NCBI RefSeq assembly: GCF_009914755.1
Contig: NC_060925.1
Reading direction: 5' to 3' (one strand)
DNA from: the human T2T-CHM13v2.0 reference genome, Homo sapiens
Length of the DNA: 64,000 bases
Shown here: positions 1 to 33,460 of the stretch, one piece after another
How the letters are laid out: every line of letters starts with the position of its first letter
Position numbering within the stretch: the first letter of the stretch is position 1
Made by a program: the position numbers and the translations under genes
The notes under the pieces: model-generated
What the model saw: only the letters and a program-made list of their open reading frames with translations
Databases searched by the model: none
What the model was told of the DNA's origin: nothing

Positions 1-73
1 CTGGCAAAAGATACTTGCAACATGACAAAGGATTAATAACCAGAAAGTATAAAGAATTCCTACAAACCAATTA

Positions 74-463
<390 letters not shown>

Positions 464-618
464 TCAGGCTGGAGTGCAGTGGTGAGATCTCAGCTCACTG
501 CAACCTCAACCTCCCAGGTTCAAGCGATTCACAGAGGACAATTTCTAAAAGGCAAATAAGAAGCAGGAAGGGTGCATGCTCCTTCTCTACTGCCCTGTAA
601 CAGTCATTCCACACTTAC

Positions 619-1036
619 CACCTCAAAACAACAAATGCTTTTGATGTTGGCTCCTGTGGGGCAGCAATCTGCGGGAAGCTTAGCCAGGCACCTCTGGCTT
701 AAGGTCCCTCCTGAAGCTGCAGTCACACCATGGACCAGGGCTGTGACCTCATCCGAAGGCTCAACTGGGGCTGAGGCCCACCTCTGAGCTCACTCAGGTG
801 GACGCTGGCTGGGTTCAGTTCCTTGCTGGCTATAGGTGGAAAGGGCCCCCACCAGTTTCTTGCCAGTTTCTCCACAGGACGCCCCACAGCCTGACAGGAG
901 CTTTCATCCAGCAAGCTCATCAGGGAGTGGGAGAGAGCAGCCAGGACAGGAGCCCAGGCCTTTCTGAACCTCATCTCAGAAGTGACATCCTTCCCTTCTG
1001 CTGTCTGGGCACAGCTCCCTGGGTGGAGCCCGAGGA
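619..1036 (-). other. SLC35E2A: SLC35E2A non-coding exon 2 (418 nt)
   Basis: Strong acceptor ttttcttttccttctag| at 1036 and donor TG|gtaagt at 619; gene identity from recalled synteny next to NADK. Confidence 0.65.
700..1010. mobile_element. Old MaLR (MLT1-type) LTR remnant
   Basis: Resembles MLT1 consensus segments (ggctcaactggggctg; catctcagaagtgacatcc...cttctgc); subfamily uncertain. Confidence 0.45.
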
Positions 1037-1994
1037 CTAGAAGGAAAAGAAAACTTGGATTTAAAATGGGATAAAGCCATAGGAGCTGCTCGTCCCACCA
1101 CAGGAATCTCAACGCCGGGTTACTGACAAAGCGTCACTTTGCACCTCGTCCAACTGTGCAGACCTCTCCTAGCCAGGCCCCTGCACCAGAGGTTAAGAAT
1201 CCGTGCCCCTGGTCAGGAAGTACAGGTGGGTTCAAACGGCCAGCAGGGAATTTCAGGCAAAATGTGTCCCAAATCTTCAAACCATGCCCCAGAACTCAGA
1301 CCTCCCCCTGGGAGTTCGTCCCAAGGAAACCACCTGCAAGAGGCTCAGGCTGCAGGGGACACTCCGCTTCCAAAACCCGGAAGCTGGAGACCACACAAGT
1401 GCCCAACGCCAAAGGCACCCCGTGGAGGGACGCCCTGTGCCCTCCCCCGACCAGGTGACCCGCTGCGCCCTACACATCTTCACCAGGAAACATCTGTTAT
1501 CGATGTGGACGAAGCGCAGCCTGCACTCCCAGATCCGCTCATTTTCGTTCTGCCCTCCGTTTTACGATTCGCCTACACTGAAAATGCGTGAGTGGAGTGG
1601 AAAGCCTTCCTACTCCTGCCTCAGCGACCCCTTCTAAAATACTGCCTCGTTTGGCCTGAAAATGTGATTTGCAGGCTTCCTGAGCAAAGTAGATTTCACT
1701 CCATTAAAGAAAAAAAAAAAGAAAAGGCACCGAACGGGGCTCGGCTGTCGGGAGTTTTGCTTTAGTGTTTTGCGTGTTTTGTTTTGTGTTTTTCTGTTGT
1801 TGTTGTTCTTTTTGCGGCCACGCACACCGCGTTCCCAGGCTTCAGGGCGTGGGGGTCGCCGTGGACTCCCGGACGTGAAAACGCTTAAAGCCAGCTGGGA
1901 AAACCCCACCAGCGTTTTCCGCGCACAGCGCCAGCCATAGGAAAGGACCCCCAGGAGCGAATCCGGGCAGGGAAACCCCGGACGCCCGCACACT

Positions 1995-2085
1995 CAGCAT
2001 CAGTACCGGCACCCAGCACCCAGCACCGAGCACCGAGCACGCAGCACCCAGCACCGATCACCGAGCAGAGCACCCCGCACGCAGA
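1995..2085. repeat. Imperfect 7-bp tandem repeat (CAGCACC/GAGCACC)n
   Basis: acccagcacccagcaccgagcaccgagcac... Confidence 0.8.
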
Positions 2086-2091
2086 ACCCAC

Positions 2092-2370
2092 CGAGAGCCT
2101 GATGCAGTCTCCGCCGCAGGCATAGCGCTAGGCCCCGGCGCCTTCACAACAAAGGGACGCTGGCGGGCGGGGCCTGAGAGGCGCGCGGTGGAGGGGCCGG
2201 GCGCGAGGCCGCGGAGACAGCTCGGAGCTCGGCACTGGGGAGTGGCACAGCGCTGGCGGATCCAGGTGGGCTTCACGGGGCGCCCGCGGGACCGGAAATG
2301 ACGCGCAGAACCCTGCATCGGGCTCCTCGCTGCCCCGCGGGCGCCGCTCCTCAGTGCCCCAGAGCCACGG
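2092..2370 (-). other. SLC35E2A: SLC35E2A non-coding exon 1 (TSS approximate)
   Basis: Donor TCG|gtgggt at 2092 inside the CpG island; identity from synteny. Confidence 0.55.
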
Positions 2371-2412
2371 AGCCGGGGAAACGCGCCGCGGCCCACAACG
2401 CCCCCGCGGCTG

Positions 2413-2868
2413 CCCGTTGGTTCCGCCCGGGCCGTTCTACTCCAGGCAGACGGGAGGAGAAACACGGCGCGCTCAGCGTCCCCTCCCCCGTTGGTTCTGC
2501 TCGGGCCCTTCCACTGCAGGCCGACGGGGGTGGAAACACGCAGTTTTTTTTTTTTTTTTTTTTAAGGTCTAGGGTAACACGGGGCTTTTAAGTGCCTCTC
2601 CGCGGCCGCCTGGTGGTCCAGCCCGGGCCGTTGCAGTGCAGCCACACGGGGAGGGACACGGCGCGCCGAGTGCTCCGGGCGGCCGCACGTTGGTTCCGCC
2701 CGGGCCGTTCCACTGCAGGCAGAGGGAGAGGACGACGGTGCGCGTAGTGCATCCCCGTGGCCCGTTGGTTCCGCCGGGGCCGTTCCACTGAAGGCAGAAG
2801 GGGGGGGGACCGTGGCCCCACCCCCCGCGGCAGCCCGTTGGTTCCGCCCGGGCTGTTCCACCAGCGGC
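2413..2868. repeat. Degenerate ~75-bp-period repeat with a conserved ~35-bp core (6 copies)
   Basis: Core CCCGTTGGTTCCGCCCGGGCCGTTCCACTGCAGGC at about 2413, 2487, 2609, 2686, 2761, 2834. Confidence 0.85.
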
Positions 2869-3326
2869 ACTTCAGGGCGGGATCGGCCAGCTGTGGAGGC
2901 AGCGGCCTCTAAGCCCCGGAGGGTTTACTGCCCAGGTTTGGGTTCCAGGAATAAGAAATCCACTGAATAGGCTTAACTTAGAAGACACAAAGGCGCCTCC
3001 TGGCGGAAGTGGCCACGCTCCGCCCAGCCTGAGGGAAAGCTGCTCTGACAGCTGGGCCCGGAGCTGCGGGGGGCGGGGCCGCCGCGCGGGGTGAGGACTC
3101 GCCTCAGGGCGCTGATTGGCTGGTGGCGCGCTCCGGGGCGGGGCCTTCGTATCCAGGCTGGCGTCGGGGCTGCCGCGGGACATCCGGAGCAGACACCCGC
3201 GGGCGCGCCTGCGGCCCCGAGGACCCCCGGCTCCGGAGCTTCGTCGAGCGTTTTCCTAGCGTTACTTTCCCAAATAATTTTCAGGAATGAAGTTACGGCT
3301 AAAGGGCTCTTTAGAGATTACTTTTG

Positions 3327-3637
<311 letters not shown>

Positions 3638-3835
3638 TTATAAAATGAAGTGAAATTAACGCAGTGGAGTGCCACCTGCCTGCTGCCTGAGTTCACTATC
3701 CACACGGAGTTCATAAATTTGAGAGCAGTTTACAAAGTAGATTCTCCTACTTTCCAGGAAACCCAGAAATGTCTGGTGATTTGCCCAACAGTCTCAGCTG
3801 TTGTGGTCAGCAGGGCCGCTGTGGTATCCAAATGA

Positions 3836-4760
<925 letters not shown>

Positions 4761-4950
4761 CTCTCTTTGCTATTTTGCCTGGGAGGAGTGTATTAATAAT
4801 TTTAATTTTAAATTTCTTTGATTATGTTCTAGTTTGATTATTGATCATTTACTTCTTAGCTATTTATATTCTTCCTTGAGTCATCGGTTTCTGCCCTTTG
4901 ACAATTTTTCTGTGAATGTTTTGTGTTGATTATATGAGCTTTGACTGTAT

Positions 4951-5038
4951 TGAGAACATCCACGGATTGTATTATTGCAACTGTTTTCCTAGTTGAGAAC
5001 ATCGACCTGCTGTATTATTGCAAATGTTTTCCTGCTTG
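4951..5038. repeat. 43-bp tandem duplication
   Basis: tgagaacatc...tgtattattgcaa.tgttttcct present twice with period 43. Confidence 0.75.
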
Positions 5039-5851
5039 CATGTAGTCATTTGTTATGCATATTAATGAATTTCTATCCACATGACGTGGAGTCAGTTAGG
5101 AATCAGTTAGGACGCCCTCGCTGTGTGGGAGACTGATGGGTCCAGGCACTGTGCAAACCCCGCCTCCAAAGTGCATCCTTGGCTCACTGGGACCTTCCGG
5201 GTTGTGCTGCTCTTGCTTCACAGCCTCTCTGGGTCTCCCTGCCGTCTGCTGACCTCGGGGCAGGGTCTACCCAGGCTGAGCGGCCCATGGGCTGTGGGAT
5301 TCCTTTCCTCTGCCTTCAGGTCCTGGATGATGTAGAAGGCAGGAAGGAAAGCAGTCATGGCTAGCTCTGTCCTGCCCCCTTCGGGGTCCCCCCCGGCCCA
5401 CAGGCTCCTCCTTGTCCCCCAGCCAGCCTCAGTCTGGGTCTGGGCTCCCGCTGGGGAGGAGGGTGAGACCTGCCGGCCCAAAGGAGCTGAAGTTTCCCAA
5501 GGGGCGTTGAGGACAGCAGGGAAGTGTGGGGTGTGAACTGAGGCCCCAGAGAAGGGTCTGTGCCAAGGCCCCATGGGTGGGGAGGAAGAAGGAAGCGTCC
5601 CCACCTGGAGACCCAGCCTGCAGGCCACTCGGCCACCTGCGCAGAAGTAGGGGAGCAGCAGCCGCTCATGCCCCTGCAGTTTGTCCTCATCAGCAGGTGG
5701 GGAAACTGAGGCCGGGGAGTTCTCCAGGCCAAGGTCACTCACGGGCAAGTTCCCGCAGCCTTTGGACCCTCCATACACGTCAGGGCCGCTCATGCTTTCC
5801 TGGGCCCTTCACTGGTTTGGAGGAAGCTTCCTGTTGCCCAGAGCGCACTGC

Positions 5852-6070
5852 CTGTCTCTGAGTGTATGTGTCTCAGTGGCGTCCATGTGTATTTTTCTCT
5901 GTGTGTATCTGTGTGAGTCTGTGTGTGTGGTGTGTTTGTGTCTGAGTGTGTGGTGTTAGCGTGTCTCAGTGGCGTCCATGCATATTTTTCTGTGTGATGT
6001 GTCTGTGTGTGTGTCTCAGTGGTGTCCATGCATATTTTTCTGTGTGGTGTGTCTGTTTGTGTGTGTGTGA
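5852..6070. repeat. TG-rich compound repeat containing three copies of gtgtctcagtggcgtccatg(c/t)(a/g)tattttt
   Basis: Unit at about 5868, 5961 and 6011, separated by (TG)n-like spacers. Confidence 0.8.
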
Positions 6071-7668
6071 ATCTACGTGGGTGTTTGTCCATCTTTTTGT
6101 CTGGCCTCCTGTCCCCTCTGCACAGAGCAGCTGGGTGGGGATGCTGGTCCTGGGGGCTTGTCAGCAGGATGTGGGCGTGGGGCAGCCCTGGGTGAGGCCT
6201 GAGTACAGGCCCCAGGTGCCTCCTGCACAGGGGTGGCTGAGCCGGCTCCTCTGTGGCTCCCGGGTCCCCACCGCCGGTCACTGGGCACCACCTGTCCTGG
6301 CCACCCACTCCTGCCCACCCTGCTCTCCGCAGGGGCCTCCTTCCTCTTTCAGCTGTGCGCCCTGGTTGTGGAGGCTCCTAAGGAGGTTGTGGCCTCGGTT
6401 TACCACCTGCCTTGGCTCCTTGGTGTTGCCAGACCCTGAAGGCAGCCCATGCCCTGGCTGAGATCCTTCTGGGGCGGGATGTGCTGGAAGCAGCTGAACC
6501 ACGTGGTGATGTACCAGCTCCTGCTGTCCCCTACATCCCCAGCACCGCCAGCCTTCCCTGGGCTCCTCCGGCCGGCTCCTCTACCCTGTACCCGCCCCAC
6601 CCTGCTACCACCCCCCAACCAGACTTCCAGCTCCAGGCAGGGTCGCAGCCTCCTGGGCTCCCAGCAGGACAGGCCTCACCCAGACCCCGCAGGAGCCGTG
6701 GGACTTGGGCTGGGTCTTTGGGCCTGGCTGCAGCCCCTTTGGACCTGACCTGAGGAGACACCCTGGCTGTGGGAGGCAGGGTGGGGGTGCCGGGCCCAGC
6801 ACAGAGGTGCCCAGGGTGCAGGCTGGCACTGGCCCGGCAGGGACCCTGGATGCCGCCATTTCAGGCTCGAAAAGGTTTCCATGCCCCAGAGCCTGAGCCC
6901 GGCAGCCCCCGAGGATGTCTTGGGGCCTCTGTGCTCCCCAAAGCCAAGAAGGTTAGGCTTGACCCACAGCCTCTTCCAGGCCGGGGAGGCAGAGGCGCTC
7001 CAGGTCAGTAGGGCGGGGCCCACAGCCCAGGGTTTCACGTCCCCAAAACAGGGCAGGGTGCTGGAGGGGCAGGTGCCCACAGGGTGGTCGTTTTGGTCTC
7101 TCCTGGACTTGCACGCGTGTAGTGCAGACTGGCTGCCGGCAAAGCCCTGAGCCACATTCATCTGGGCCTTGTTAGGACAACAGGGACGGTGCGGGGTGGG
7201 GGGGTTGCGGGGCGCAGGACCACGTCAGTGGAGGGAGGGAGGCCGATATCGGTGCCCAGGCTGGGCCCAGGGGCCAGCGGGTCCTCACCTGGCTTGTGGC
7301 TGCCCCTGTTAGGCAGCCCGGATGGAGGGGCTCTTCCAGCCCTGCTGGCCCCGGGAATGCAGGGACTCAATTCCCCCTGGTCTCAGTGGCTCTTCCGGGA
7401 GCAACACAGCCTGCCCGAGTCGACACCACCCCTCGGGTTTGAGTCCCTTCTGTCTACCCCTACCCCCGCCAGGGCACTGCCCCCTTGCCCGGAAGAGGCA
7501 GCGGCACCCCCAGCCCCTTGGGGAGGATGCCCTGCCGGCCCCACACTCGGTGGATGGGCATTTTGGGGCTAGGATTTAATGGGGGTGACCCTGCCCGACC
7601 CCTCTATGTTGGTTCCACGGCGTCAGAAGAAAGCTGTTATTAACCCAGCTTATTTTCTACAAGTCTTG

Positions 7669-7674
7669 TTTATT
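7669..7674 (-). terminator. NADK: NADK distal polyadenylation signal AATAAA
   Basis: tttatt on + strand in an AT-rich block; ATTAAA also at 7713-7718. Confidence 0.85.
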
Positions 7675-8947
7675 GAAAGGATCTGAAAAGCGTAATAAGG
7701 CTTTCAATGACATTTAATACATTTTCAAGAAATTAATATGAAACATTAAAATTTACTTCAAAAATCCAAAGTTTTCTAGATCATTCCCATCTCACGCTGC
7801 TTTAGAGGTCAGTTCACACCTTCTGTGTTCAGATGAGCGGCTGGAATTCTGAACACTGCCGTCTTCCAGCCCTAACGCTGGGCGCTGGTCCCTCTCTCCT
7901 AAGCCCACGGCTGGGCTTCCCCTGTGCCCAGGGTCATGGCGGACTTCAAGCCAGGCCGGCTGCCCAGAATCACACTCAGGGTTTTTGGACGCTCAAGTCC
8001 ACAGATGCTGAGGTGCCCAGACGAGGGTGAGCAGGGAGACACATGCCTCGGAGAACGTGCCCAGGCTGGGCCAGGCGGCTGCGGGAAGCTCCTCACGGGC
8101 AGAGGAGAACGTCTTGTGCCTTCCTTATCGATCTCCAGCAGATGAGGGCAACTTCGTGTGCAAAACTCAGAGAGCAGTTACTCAAAAAAAAGACACCCGG
8201 GCAGCAGTAACCAGGACACCAGGGTCCGACCACGGCCTCCACACACCTGTGCCCGTGGAAGACGCGGGCGCCGGGGTAGGCAGCATCCACGTGCTCCACA
8301 GCTGCTGGTGCTGGGCAGGCTGGAGACTCACGGGAGAGGCAGGAGGAGAATCAGCGTGTTGAGTCCCTCGCTGTGTTAGTGTGAAAAATTCTCATTACTG
8401 TTGCAAATAAAAGGGATCACGATCACTAGCCCCGGAAACCCTCATCTCCCGGACCATCAGGATCGCACTGAACAGAATGGTCCCCTAATGGTCCCTGAGG
8501 ACAGCGTCTTGCAGAACATAAATGTAAACATTGAATGGCAGACGACTCCCTTCCCCTTGAAATCTTCACAAAAGTGTGTACGAGAAAGTATGTACATCAG
8601 CACTTCAGAAAGTTTAAAAGAGTCTCTAAAAAGTATATACAGGATTTAAACTACCTTCCTGGGAGCAGAAGCTACGTGAGGAATGTGTGGGTCGCTGGCG
8701 ATGCCAGCCCCCTTCCCGCTGAGTGTCCCAGACTCAGTGCTGGCCTCAAGCGGGGAGGGCTGGATGGCAGGGGACGCATCCAACCCTCTCCAGAAACTGA
8801 GCAGAACAAAACCGCCTTGCCAGCCACTGGCAAGACCATGCTTTCAATGGCGCCTCCGCCAGGGGCTTCCCTGCAGAAATTTTAGGGGAAGAGGTGCAGG
8901 TCAAGGGGAAAAGCATGGCAGCTCAAGGAAGGTTTTTGGCTGAGACA

Positions 8948-8953
8948 TTTATT
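8948..8953 (-). terminator. NADK: NADK candidate proximal polyadenylation signal AATAAA
   Basis: tttatt on + strand about 370 nt after the stop codon. Confidence 0.6.
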
Positions 8954-9321
8954 ATCAACATTGAAGGACAGGTCGAGTCATTCTGACTCCTCTGAATTTC
9001 AACCGACTGATTTGCGGAAAAATATCCTGGCATGGAAATTGCGGCAGCTGGAGGCCGCGCTCCAGGGACCCACCGCGGGGTGTCAGCAGGACAGAAGCAC
9101 TCCCAGCCCATTTCTCACGCTTCTTTAGAAATGCAAAAAAAGTCAGAGATTTTAAAAAAACAGCTGATCTGGACAAAAGGCAGACCCAGGCTCTAACCCA
9201 GCTACAGAAAGGAAGTGGCCGTGCCACTGAGACAGGCGGTCACAGACACACGCAGATTGGTCTGTCCCCAGAGGGCGCTTGGAGGGCAGCGGAAGGATTC
9301 GGGCCTGGATAGGGGCTTGAC

Positions 9322-21805
<12,484 letters not shown>

Positions 21806-22028
21806 TGTCAGGAAATGAGAACTTCGGTCAGAAAAACACTGATGCCTTAATTTAATAAAATAAATAATGTAAATAAAGTAAATAAATATGTATGAAACAA
21901 TAATAATTTACACATACATATGTTCCATTTCATCAAGGGGAAAAAATGGCTGAAGTCCAATTTACCAAAGTACTTTGAAAACAGACTGTTTCCATTGCAA
22001 AGATATTTAAGAACTACTCTAGGTTTTT

Positions 22029-23609
<1,581 letters not shown>

Positions 23610-24034
23610 AGAACCTCATCTTCTGACCACAATACAATAAAACCAGGAAGAGATAGAAACAAAGAAAAGCCCTCAGCCACTTGGAAGTTTCTGAACTTTC
23701 TCTTAAGCAACCCAGGGATCAAAGTGAAGATCAGACCCAACATCTGGAACACCCAGAAGGTGGAGGTGACATAAACAGGCTGCCAGGGTCGGTTCAATCC
23801 CATCAAAGCTGGGTCACAGCCCATGGGAAACCATGAACTGAGCATTCAAGCCAATAAAGCCAGAAATAGAATAAAACAAGCTTCAGAAGAACAGAAGAGG
23901 GGCCGTGCACAGAAACAATAAAAATCACTCAACAGAGGCTAAACACACAAAATAAAGCCAAACATACCTTCTCATTAAAGAAGATAAATCTTAATGAGGA
24001 CAAGGTAGATTCTGGCATTAAAAAGGATAAATGT

Positions 24035-25208
<1,174 letters not shown>

Positions 25209-25314
25209 ATGTGAGATGATGGCAAGGTGGGCAGAAGGAAAGTTCAGGAACTATGGACACAAGACTGTGGGCCCTATGCTACGGTCAAAGCCAACGGGTT
25301 CTCTGAATACCCAA

Positions 25315-25475
25315 AAGCTGGTTCTCTCTCTGGCTGCATTCTACAATCACCTTAGGAGCTTCAAACAACACCAATTCCTACGTGCCCTCCAGACTGAATG
25401 ATCAGAACCTGAAGGTACAGCCCAGGCACCGGCACTTTAAAAGAGCTCCCCAGAAGATTCTAATGTTTAGCGAGA
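25315..25475. mobile_element. MER5-like DNA transposon remnant
   Basis: ggctgcattctacaatcacct...atcagaacctg...aagagctccccagaagattctaatg. Confidence 0.55.
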
Positions 25476-25527
25476 ATTGACAGTACTGTCCCAGTGGGTC
25501 AATATCTCCCTAGCTTAAGACATACCA

Positions 25528-26585
<1,058 letters not shown>

Positions 26586-26589
26586 ACCA

Positions 26590-28524
<1,935 letters not shown>

Positions 28525-29066
28525 TAATGGAACCCTGAATTTTTTTTTTTTTTCCTGTTTTAGGCAGGGTCTTACTCTGTCCCCAGGCTGGAGTACAGTG
28601 ATGTAATCATGGTTCACTGTAGCCTCTACCTACTGTGCTCAGACAATCTTCCCACCTCAGCCTCCTGAGTACCAGGGACTACAAGCATGCACCACCATGC
28701 CTGACTAATTTTTGTATTTTTTTGTAGAGATGAGGTTTTGCCATGTTGCCCAGGCTGACCTCGAACTCCTGGGCTCAAGCAATCTCTCCGCCTCAGCATC
28801 ATAAAGTGCTTGGATTACAGGCATGAGCCACTGTGCCTAGCCAAAACACTGTTAAGAAAATTAAAATACAGTTGGGTGTGGTGGCTTGTGCCTGTAATCC
28901 CAGCACTTTGGGAGGCCGAGGCGGGAGGATCGCTTGAGTCCAGGAGTTCAAGACCAGTTCTGTGTCTTGCTAGTGGTTATATAATTAATTTAAGAGGTAA
29001 CACTGCATAGAGCCATACACACATGTAAAACTGGTGAAACCTGAATAAGGTCTATAGTTTAGTTAG

Positions 29067-29418
<352 letters not shown>

Positions 29419-29519
29419 TCAAAAAAAAAAAAAAAAAGATGTTAACACAGAGGGAGCTGGTGAAGGGCACAGGGGTCTCTCTGTACTATTTTTACAACTT
29501 CCTATGAATTAGTCTATGA

Positions 29520-29642
<123 letters not shown>

Positions 29643-29699
29643 TGAGTAGCTGGGATTACAGGTGCCCGCCGCCACACCCGGCTAATTTTTGTATTTTAA

Positions 29700-29831
<132 letters not shown>

Positions 29832-30050
29832 TAAACAATTAATAAAGGTCAGAGACAGTGGCTCACACTTGTAATCCCAGCACTTTGGGAGGCCGAAGCA
29901 GGGGAATCACCTGAAGCCAGGAATTGGAGACCAGCCTGGGCAACACAGCAAGACCCCGTCTCTACAAAAACATTAATAAAAAATAAACAAATCAAAATCA
30001 CAAAATGTTAAAAAAAATGTATTATTACTGCTACATTACCTAGAAGCTCT

Positions 30051-30053
<3 letters not shown>

Positions 30054-30127
<74 letters not shown>
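30054..30127. repeat. Compound microsatellite (TG)n(AG)n
   Basis: Directly visible. Confidence 0.95.
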
Positions 30128-30131
<4 letters not shown>

Positions 30132-30633
30132 GAGATATTGAGAGACTGAGAGGTAGGGTCTTGCTCTGTCACCTAAGCTGGAGTGCAGTGGTGCAATTAC
30201 AGCTTACTGCAGCCTCAATCTCCCAGGCTTACGGGATCCTCCCATGTAGCTGAGACTACAGGCATGAGCCACTATGTCCAGCTAATTTTTAAATTTTTTG
30301 TAGAGACAGGGTCTCGCTACCTTGAACGGGCTGACCTTGAACTCCTGGGCTCTGGTGGCCCTCCTGTGTTGACCTCCCAAAGCATTGGGATTACAGGCAT
30401 GAGCCACTGCACCCAGCCTAGAAGCTCTGTTCATATTTATTTGCGAAGATCAATTTGATGACTAAGCAGTAAACTAATTTATAAAATAATATTAAATATT
30501 AAAACCAACTTTAAACAATTATCTTCACCTATGTATGTGTGTGTGTGTATATATATACACACACACACACACATATATATATATTTAACAAGTATCTCCA
30601 ATACCACAACCAGTGTATTTTTTGTTTTTTTGA

Positions 30634-30792
<159 letters not shown>

Positions 30793-30885
30793 TAGTGGAG
30801 ACCTGCCTCTTAATTCTCCAACATGGAGGGGTTTCTCCATGTTGGTCAGGCTGGTCTCAAACTCTCAACCTCAGATGATCCGCCC

Positions 30886-31064
30886 GCCTCGGCCTCCCAA
30901 AGTGCTGGGATTGCAGGCGTCGCCACCGCGCACGGCCACCATTATGCCTCGGCCTCCCACAGTGCTGGGATTACGGGCGTGGCCACTGCGCGCGGCCACC
31001 ATTGTGCCTCGGCCTCCCACAGTGCTGGGATTGCAGGCGTGGCCACCGTGCGCGGTCACCACTG
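30886..31064. repeat. 60-bp tandem triplication derived from an Alu 5' end
   Basis: gcctcggcctcccacagtgctgggatt..ggcgtggccac.gcgcgcggccaccatt.t x3. Confidence 0.9.
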
Positions 31065-31288
31065 TATTTTTTGACAAGGGCGAGTCAGGACTGACACTTA
31101 ATTCGTTTGTTTGATATATTAACTGCTTTAAAAGGACACACAATGCTAGCTGCACCAAAGTGCATTCAAATTCCTCATAGCATGAATCTAATTTTAAAAA
31201 ACCTTTGTAGGGCGGGCATGGTGGCTCACGACTGTAATCCCAGCATTTTGGGAGGCCGAGGCGGGCAGATCACGACATCAGGAGTTCA

Positions 31289-31543
<255 letters not shown>

Positions 31544-32872
31544 CTAGAGCACAATAAGAAAATATTCATAACGAACTTATACAAAGTAGCAAGGAAAACA
31601 TTAAGATGCCAATAAATAAATGTGCAAAGAACATGAACAAAAGTCACACACACACAAATACAAACATAATACACGAGTTCGTTCCCATGTAAGAACTCAA
31701 TCAATATTTGTTGCAAGACTAAATGAAAAAGGAAAATTTATTTAGTGACAGAAATGGGGAAACATTCAACCTCAACCCTGAGTGGGAAAAAACTTACTGC
31801 CCACTAAATTACCCATCTCATCTCACCCCGATAAATAATGCCCAGTGCTGGCATGCACACTGGCAGTATACAAACTGAGAAAGACTTTCTGGAAAGTGCT
31901 ACAGCCATGTGACCACAGGGCTTCACCCTGTGACCTCATTAAACCTAAGCAGATTACAGGTCTGAAGGGGGCTTTCTTTAGATGTGGCTCCACCTACTTA
32001 GGGGCAGATGAAGAAAACAGGGGTCTGGGCAGTTCTGAATGGGAAGGCCAGGCATCACCTCCCTCTTCAGTTGCACAAAGTGTGCGTGGCATCCTCACAT
32101 CCCATCTGCCTCAATTTCGCTTTTTCTCTGAACACTTTTCACCATCTGTCTGAAGCACACACACACATTTTATTCACTTCCCCATTCCCATGCATGAATG
32201 CTAGGACCTTTGCAATTGTGGGCCAGGAAAGATTGCAAATGATAAGCCACCAGCACAGAGAGTAGAAATGAAATCCTGGGGTTACAAGCTAAAGCATTAC
32301 TGACACCCACTTGTCCAGAACGGCTGAAGCTGGGCGGTGACTGTCAACAGGTATATACGGACTAGAAAGTGGAGCTGCTGGAGGAGGCCCTGTACCTTCC
32401 TGCCATGACACAGCCTCCCCCCAAGTGCTGGGCTTGTGTGCTCAACACTCCCTCTTGCTGTCATCCTACCACACCTGCAGACTGGAGGTAATCCAGATGC
32501 AAGGCCGTCGAGTCCCGCAAACACCCACCTGCCTCTTAATTTTCCAAGTGAGACCTACATTTCCTCAAGCGTGAAGCTCAATAAAATCAACTATTGTTTT
32601 CCGTTTTCATCACGAGCGCCACTTTCCCCCTATTTGTTCACCGCCTCCACTCCACAAGAACTGCTCTTGACTTGGCCAACTTTCTGGGACACCCTCACTA
32701 CAAGGATTTATGAGTCAAACAGGTTTTTGTGCTAGCCTGGAAATCTAACTGCTGACAGCAGTTGTTTCAAGAAGAAAATGCTGTTTTGGAACCAAACAGC
32801 AGGCTGCCAACTGAAACAACATAAACCCACCTCCAAGTTCAAATGAAACAAACAAAAAGACTGGTCCAAGTG

Positions 32873-33460
<588 letters not shown>

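Larger units (their letters stand above)
1815..3270. promoter_or_regulatory. SLC35E2A: SLC35E2A promoter CpG island
   Basis: High CpG density; ETS/CRE-like ACCGGAAATGACGC (2291-2304), ETS CGGAAGT (3004-3010), inverted CCAAT (3115-3119), GC boxes (3068-3079, 3136-3145). Confidence 0.85.
7650..9321 (-). other. NADK: NADK 3' UTR
   Basis: Lies between the stop codon and the distal AATAAA (7669-7674); 3' end approximate. Confidence 0.85.

Noticed and set aside
2413-2868. CRISPR array interpretation of the repeat-spacer pattern
   Set aside because: Human CpG-island context, degenerate cores, linkers are related to each other, and no cas genes
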